Shown here: piece after piece, positions 53,432-64,000 of the stretch
Layout of the letters: each line of letters begins with the position of its first letter
Position numbering within the stretch: position 1 is the stretch's first letter
From: Zootoca vivipara
Lineage: Eukaryota
Assembly (NCBI RefSeq): GCF_963506605.1
Contig: NC_083277.1
Coordinates: 5,518,001-5,582,000, forward strand
Direction of reading: 5' to 3'
DNA length: 64,000 nt
Translations under genes and position numbers: made by a program
The notes under the pieces: generated by a model
The model's input: only the letters and a program-made list of their open reading frames with translations
The model's database searches: none
What the model was told of the DNA's origin: nothing

Positions 53432-53680
53432 TAGAAGAAGAAGAGAAGAGTTTGGATTTGATATCCCGCTTAACACTACCCGAAGGAGTCTCAAAGTGGT
53501 TAACAATCTCCTTTCCCTTCCTCCCCCACAACAAACACTCTGTGAGGCGAGTGGGGCTGAGAGATTTCAGAGAAGTGTAACTAGCCCAAGGTCACCCAGC
53601 AGCTGCATGTGGAGGAGCGGAGACGCGATCCCGATTCACCAGATTACGAGTCTACCGCTCTTAACCACTACACCACACGG
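53432..53680 (-). mobile_element. Squam3-like SINE
   Basis: Reverse complement of the SINE at 20311. Confidence 0.8.
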
Positions 53681-54657
53681 CAGGAGAGACACGGACTTAA
53701 AATAAACCTGTTGAATAGGGGCAGGAGTACATGTAACAGAGGCAGTCTGGCCAATACACCCAGCAATTTTAATTACAGTACTGTAGTACCTTATAATAAT
53801 AATTTATTATTTATATTTATTTATTTATTTATTATTTATACCCCGACCATCTGGCTGGGTTTCTCCAGCCACTGGGCTGCTCCCAACAGAATATTAAAAA
53901 CAGAATAAAACATTATAAACTTCCCTAAACAGGGCTGCATTCAGATGTTTTCTATAAAAAAAAACCCCAGCAAGAAGCTGACAGCTGACAGTTGACAATG
54001 CCTGTGCTTACTTGCCATTAGAACGTTCATCTGCCAACGCTTATATGATTGGTTGGAACGCGCGCCTGGCAACCAAAGATTTGTTAAACCCAATACATAA
54101 CACCTTATTACTCATACATTTCAACTCCCAAACTATCGAAACCCGGAATGAATGTTTTTGATTTTTTTTAAGCCAAACATCAAGGCTTCCAATTCAGTGC
54201 AGGAAGCTCCTGCAGCCAATTGGAAGCTGCACCTTGGTTTTCAAACAATTCTGAGAGTCAAACGGATTCCCAGAACACATTCTGTTCGAGAACCAAGGTA
54301 CACAGATTCCCAGCTTTCATTTCTCACAAGGAGGGGGAATAATGAGGCTTCAAGAACCACATGGAAGGATGCTAGGGCTCAGTAGAGGTCCAATACATTG
54401 ACAACTGCTGCCTTAGAAGATGGGGTGCACATTTAGTTTCTTAACTTTCCATCTAGAAGGGCTATTGCATCACTATAATCTGGCCCTGGCTACTAGTTGG
54501 ACTCATTCACCCTTACTCAAGGAACATTTTCCCTCTTCTGACAGTGTGGCAGTTTTACAATAGAACAATGTCTTGGCTTTTCAGGATTCAACATCACCTC
54601 TAAATAGACCAAATAGAAATTGGCAGAAGACCTCTCAAAAGCTTCCTTGGCGCAACA

Positions 54658-58486
<3,829 letters not shown>

Positions 58487-58602
58487 ATAAATAAATAAAT
58501 AAATAAATAAATTTTAAAAACACCATTCTACTTTTCCGATTTTGACACGTCTTTGCATAAATGCAAAACCTGGCATCTCCGGGCAGGTGAAATGAGCGGT
58601 AA

Positions 58603-58930
58603 GCCTAGAGAGCCCTTAGCAACCCTCTTGACAACAGAAGGGAGAGCAACAAGTCCACGCTGCCCAGAGAGCCCTTAGCGACCCTTCTTAACAACGGAAG
58701 GGGGAGCAACGAGTCCACGCTGCCCAGAGAGCCCTTAGCAACCCTTCTTAACAACGGAAGGGGGAGCAACGAGTCCACACTGTCCAGAGAGCCCTTAGCA
58801 ACCCTTCTTAATAACGGAAGGGGGAGCAACGAGTCTACGCTGCCCAGAGAGCCCTTAGCGACCCTTCTTAACAACGGAAGGGGGAGCAAGGAGTCCACTG
58901 CCCAGAAAGCGTCCTTAGCAACCCTTCTTA
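58603..58930. repeat. 60-bp minisatellite (~5.4 copies)
   Basis: Unit CCCAGAGAGCCCTTAGCAACCCTTCTTAACAACGGAAGGGGGAGCAACGAGTCCACGCTG. Confidence 0.95.
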
Positions 58931-59679
58931 CCGGTAATAAGAGACAGTCTGAGCCTCAAGGAGCAGGGAGGACGGGAAAATCTAAGCACAACCCCCCCTC
59001 AAAAAATGGGGCGGGGGGTGTTGTGGAGACCGTTACAGGGCAAAAATAAGGCAGTGCTGCAGAGATGACAAACTGAGCAAAGGAGCAAGTGTGGGTTGGC
59101 GCTTATAGATAAGAGCCAGCAGGGCTGGTGTTTGCAAGGCCTAAAGAGGAGCCTGGCCGACCAGGGTCCCTGCGCTGAAACGGGGCGCCCAGCCTCTGAG
59201 TTTGAAGTAGGCGACCAAGCCCATAAATCCTATGGCGTGCTTTAACCAGGCCAGTCCTATAGGTCAAGGAATCAGAAGTTTGAGACCCTGGAGCGCGTCC
59301 GCGCGCATCAATGCATTTAAAGGGCATCCCCACCCCCCAACCAATTTTTTCAAAATCATGCGAACTGTAGCTTCCCTCTCACAGAGGCACAATTCCCAGC
59401 AGCGCCTCTAACAAATTGCCGCTCCCAGGATCCTTTTGCAAGGATAACATGCGGTGTGAATGTGTTTGCGCGTGCCCAGAACCCTGTTCAAAACACCTCT
59501 CAGTGTTCAGGGGGTGGCTCCTCCTTGCCTCCTTCATGGACAGGCGCAGGAGGAGGTGGTCTTGCCCTTTGGTCTTCCCCAGGACTTGCCCCCTGCCTTT
59601 CATAATTGGGGAAATGCCACGGATTGAACCTGGGAGCTTCTGCCTGCAAAGAGCAGCCGCCCCGCCTCCTGCCTTTTTG

Positions 59680-59886
59680 GCTTTGTAAGGGTTAAAGCGA
59701 AGCGAAGTGGATTCCTAGAGAGAAAGGGAATAGACTCATCGAGATCAAGGGGGGGGGGCTTGCAGAGTCCTCCAGGAGAGAAAGCCCCTCCCTCCAAAGC
59801 TCAATCCTGCTTGGCTTTTCCCTGGGGGGAGGAACGTGGTCTTTGTCTCTCCCAGTGCTGCATTCGGGGGACCCTTCTGGGAGCCG
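59680..59886 (+). promoter_or_regulatory. Putative non-coding first exon / promoter of gene 6
   Basis: TAAGGGTTAA...TTCCTAGAGAG block, donor CCG|GTGAGT at 59886, CpG-rich sequence upstream (59100-59650). Confidence 0.55.
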
Positions 59887-61209
59887 GTGAGTTGTTCTCC
59901 CTTTATTTTGTGCATTTGGGCGAAGGGGAGTCCCAGGGCTGCAGGAAACAGACGGTGCAAAGGAGACCTGATCCATCCAGGATGCCCCCCAACCAAGGAG
60001 GGCAACCTTTTTTTCTCCCTCTGTGCAAAGGCAGGAGATGCGTTTTGAAATATTTAAAGTTGATCTCGGTGCGAGTGTATCTCTAATTGAGCTTTGATTA
60101 GATTTAGTGGCCCCTCGCCATTAATCATGTAGTGGCTTCACCAAGGGTTCTGGAGGACACGTATGTGCCCATTCAGACGTGCAATGCCTGTGAGACGGAG
60201 AGGATCGTTTCAGACTGAATGCAAAGCACTGCTGAGAATTACTGGAGGTCTAGTAATCAGAAGAATCAAATGCAGGAGAAAGCCTGGCTGTAATGGGGGA
60301 GGAGAAGTAATGGAGAGAGCCCCCCTCCACCTCCTGCAAATAACCATAACTCACAGATTTCCCTGTTATGGGGGAAGCTGGATGGTTACTAGCTTAGCAA
60401 GGGAAGGGAGGTTGGTGGTGGCCATTTCTTTTACTGCACCTTTTATGTCTCTTGTCTGAAGCCGAGATGCTACCAGTCACATGTGGACACTCCTGAGCAA
60501 GATATACCAGTGGTTTGATTGGCCATTTCTGCCCTTTACCTAGGATTAACCTCATCTTGGGCTACAGTGGCCATATTCTGTGCCCTCATGCTGTCCGTGG
60601 CTATTTCATGGCCCTTTTCTTTATTTAACACAGTGCACAAATCCCTCTCTCTGGAGGCCATGGTTAGAAGAATTAAAAATTGAACCAAATATTTGAAAAT
60701 TAAAAGCAAACTCCTGGAGCTGTGGAAGATAAGCAAAGCCCCAGAAATTAAGCACCACCCTCAAGCTTAGCTTGCTACATCCTACTCCCCCTTGAGAAAT
60801 AGCACCAAAAATACCCGAGTCCCTGCTGTTTCAATTTTTAAGCTTACGTTACTCATTATTGTTTTTTTCTCACTTGATTGCCTTGGTCTAATCAGGGGTG
60901 CCCAAACTTTTTTCAAAGAGGGCCGGATTTGATGAAGTGAACATGCGTGAGGGCCGACCTAAGTTGTTGACTTTTTTTTTATTGAAGTTGTTGAGCTTTC
61001 TAAGGGTTTTACCCCAGGAGATAAACTGCCCCAGGTGCTAGACTGAATGGACAGATGGGCCCAATTAAGCCCCCAAGACACACACTGGACATGATGATGA
61101 GCCACATTTTTCTGCCCCACTTGCAGATCGGTACAGCTTCAAACAATCTTAATGTTACCTGATTACTGCAATCCCGTCTGCATATAAATTTATGTGGGAG
61201 TAAGGCCCA

Positions 61210-61365
61210 CTGCTCTGGTTCGCCAGAAGCAGCTTTGTCATGCTGCCCACATGACTGGAAGCTGTAGGCCGGCTCCCTTGGCCAATAACGTGAGATGAGC
61301 GCCGCAACCCCAGAGTCGGTCACGACTGGACCTAATGGTCAGGAGTCCCTTTACCTTTACCTTTA
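61210..61365 (+). mobile_element. Sauria SINE 3' part
   Basis: Matches 22297-22443 with an (ACCTTT)n tail. Confidence 0.85.
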
Positions 61366-61390
61366 AGGCCCATAAACAAAAGGAGATGTA

Positions 61391-61636
61391 CAGTCGTATC
61401 TTGGTTTCAGAACAGCTTAGTTCTCGAACTTTTTGGCTCCTGAATGCCACAAACCCGGAAGTGAGTGTTCCAGTTTGCGAACTATTTTTGGAAGCCGAAC
61501 GTCTGACGGAGCTTCTACAGCTTCTGATTGGCTGCTGGAGCTTCCTGCAGCCAATCAGAAGCTGCGCTTTGGTTTCTGAACATTTTGGAAGTCGAACAGA
61601 CTTCTGGAATGGATTCCGTTCAACTTCCAAGGACTG
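61391..61636. mobile_element. Tc1/mariner MITE
   Basis: TA|CAGTC...GACTG|TA termini; internal palindrome TTCTGATTGGCTGC..GCAGCCAATCAGAA. Confidence 0.7.
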
Positions 61637-61888
61637 TACTTCTGAGTGGACATATACAAAATTGTTCTATAATTTCATTGTACAGTGAATGAATGGACAA
61701 CATGAGACATCTCTAAGCCTCCTTCCAGCATTTTTTTATTTGCCTTTTTTTGCTAGCAGCAATGAATCTACATATAATGACTGTGTACAAGTATTTTGAG
61801 ATGTACAGGAAAGCCACCTTGTGTTTGCTGGGATTAATCAATGTCTTGGCTTTGTAGGACTTGGTAGCACATCTCATTAGGACACACA

Positions 61889-63702
61889 ATGGCAGAAGAA
61901 CGAAGGAGTTCCCGTAGACCTCTTGGAGGTTTCCGTGGAGCGCAGATGGACGAGGAAGACTCAGCTGGCCCTGAAGCAGGAAGAGGCTGCAATGCCGCCA
62001 AGATTGGAAGCAGTTGGGCATCCTGGAGAACCTTGCTGCAGAAAGTCCTGATTGAGCAGCGTGCCCACAGCTCAGATGTACATCGCCAGCAGTTCAGAAA
62101 TGTTCACTACAAAGATGCACAGGGGCCCCGAGAGATTTGCAACAGACTCTACCGTATTTGCCATCGTTGGCTGAAGCCAGAGCAACACACAAAGAAGGAG
62201 ATCCTGGACCTGGTGATCCTGAAGCAGTTCATGAGTGTCCTTCCACCGGAGATGGAGACCTGGGTGAAAGAATGTGGAGCGGAGACCAGTTCCCAGGCAA
62301 TGGCTCTGGTTGAAGGTTACCTCCTGAGCCAGGCAGAGGAGAAGCAGCTAGCAGGGCAGCAGGTGAGAGTGTTTCATTTAGCCTAGATAGTCCCAAATGT
62401 TTTAGAATCTTCGACAGGGTATCCCAAAAGTCTCTACTAATTGCCCATTCTCTTTTGGAAAGCATCTAAGGAAGTTTCCCCACCTCCCCGTCATTCCTTT
62501 TCTAATCCTTCTTCCCATTCTGTGTTTTATAATAATAATGATAATAATAATAATATAATTTATTATTTATACCCCAGGCACTCTGGGCGGCTTCCAACAG
62601 ACATTAAAATACAATAATCTATTAAACATTAAAAGCTTCCCTAAACAGGGCTGCCTTCAGATGCCTCCTAAAAGTCTGGTAGTTGTTTATCTCTTTGACA
62701 TCTGGTGGGAGGGCATTCCATAGGGCGGGTGCCACTACCGAGAAGGCCCTCTGCCTGGTTCCCTGTAGCTTCACTTCTCGCAGGGAGGGAACCACCAGAA
62801 GGCCCTCCGGGCAGAACGATGGGGGTGGAGACGTTCCTTCAGGTATACTTTACTGTTCTTTACTGTTTCAGGGAGAGGATTTGGTTGTAGAAATGGACAC
62901 TGATTGCTCAGAGGCAGAGATGGCTGCATCGGACACCAGAGAGAGGCCACTTGGTAATATTTAATGGGATTTATCCCAATTTCATTGATCTTGGAAATAG
63001 GCTTTGGGCTCATTTAATCTTTTCTGGTTACAGGTAGGTAGCCGTGTTGGTCTGAGTCGAAGCAAAATAAAAAAATTCCTTCAGTAGCACCTTAAAGACC
63101 AACTAAGTTTTTATTTTGGTATGAGCTTTCGGTATCTGAAGAAGTGTGCATGCACACGAAAGCTCATACCAAAATAAAAACTTAGTTGGTCTTTAAGGTG
63201 CTACTGAAGGAATTTTTTTTATTAATCTTTTCTGGAATGACACTTCTCTCTAGTATTTTCCACCCCTGGGTAAATATTAATAGGATGTATCTCAAATTGG
63301 CCTCTTTCTGTTGAGTGTGAAATAAATCCGGAGGCTCCTTTAATTGTTTTTTGGCATGGAGGGGAAGACACTTGTTGCCAGTTTTTCCCACAGATGAAAA
63401 ATGTCCTTGCTTAAAACCACTCACTACTTTATGCATGGGGACCTGCACATTTTGCCCAAAGGAGGAGAGTCACATTTTTACACAACTGATATATTAAATG
63501 GTATAAACACTTTAATAAAATAAGTTTTTTCCCCCAAAGGCATGTGTATTCTTATGTATACATCACTTAACCTCTGAAAGGAGCAAGTTCAACTGTCTTC
63601 CCACTAACTTTGATTTTCGCAGGTGACAGAATGATGCTGACAAGACCTCAGCCATCTGCTCTTCACAATGGAGGGGAAGCAGCTTCTTTGGCACAAGATC
63701 AG
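61889..63702 (+). CDS. Gene 6 (5' partial): SCAN(-KRAB-ZF) paralog. Exons 61889-62362 (SCAN), 62872-62953, 63623-63702; KRAB and ZF exons expected beyond the window
   Basis: SCAN motif plus 82- and 80-nt linker exons homologous to genes 2-5, with GT-AG junctions in frame. Confidence 0.82.
62530..62848 (-). mobile_element. L2 LINE 3' fragment
   Basis: Same sequence family as 12975-13262. Confidence 0.78.
63029..63221. mobile_element. Penelope-like element terminal remnant (inverted repeat)
   Basis: ~65-bp inverted arms (63067-63131 and 63157-63223); flanking duplication TTAATCTTT(T)TCTGG. Confidence 0.82.
63131..63170 (+). ncRNA. Minimal type I hammerhead ribozyme motif (Penelope-associated)
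   Basis: GGTAT-CTGAAGA-A-GTGTG(CATG)CACAC-GAAA-GCTC-ATACC: stem I GGUAU/AUACC, core CUGANGA and GAAA, stem II hairpin, palindromic AGCU stem III, predicted UC cleavage site at 63165. Confidence 0.75.
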
Positions 63703-64000
63703 GTAGAGGGGGCAGATCAGTGGGAGAGAGGGACTGGGGGTAGCCAGGGTGCCTCTGTCCCCTCACCTGCCTGGGCCTGGATGAATCTCTCTTCCGCTTT
63801 GCCTCCTTAAAATCTGTCTTCAGCAAAGGCTTTGAAAGCCACTCAAAGAAGGTTTAAATTCTGACAATAATGACCAGCCACCTCTTATTAACAAGCCCTT
63901 CGGGTATAACTAGAATTATTTCTTAAGTGGTTGCAAACCAGCTGTCTTATTACAAAATAATTTGAGAAACAGACTTGAAAGAAAAGTTGCTGAATTACAA

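Noticed and set aside
58605-58898. Repetitive 97-aa ORF
   Set aside because: Translation of the 60-bp minisatellite.

Overview
Vertebrate genomic DNA, almost certainly a squamate and probably a lacertid lizard (inferred from Sauria/Squam1-type SINEs, Squam3-like SINEs, BovB, CR1, L2 and Penelope remnants). The window holds a tandem cluster of six paralogous SCAN-KRAB-C2H2 zinc-finger (ZKSCAN-like) genes. Gene 1 is on the minus strand (15 fingers) and lies head-to-head with genes 2-6 on the plus strand (9, 12, 11 and 3 intact fingers; gene 6 runs off the window end). I built the exon models by hand from GT-AG sites and phase. All share the layout SCAN exon / ~82-nt linker / ~83-nt linker / 127-nt KRAB-A exon / zinc-finger exon, with no KRAB-B exon. 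Bases 1-5325 look like the 3' end of an LTR retroelement or ERV: a purine tract, a 574-bp TGTA..TACA LTR, a 1.5-kb 32-bp minisatellite and decayed ORFs of unknown type. The most notable observations are: (i) a complete minimal hammerhead ribozyme motif from a Penelope-like remnant, in sense orientation in a gene 6 intron and overlapped by its own antisense arm; (ii) gene 5 gained an in-frame 250-nt Arg-rich exon while its finger array decayed; (iii) the plus-strand paralogs whose KRAB exon is in the window (genes 2-5) carry a variant KRAB-A (MLE to MEE); (iv) a modular non-autonomous Helitron family; (v) a BovB copy with a twin-priming-type inversion. There are two N gaps (19763-19962 and 24863-24995). 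No database searches were run; family names come from motif recognition only.
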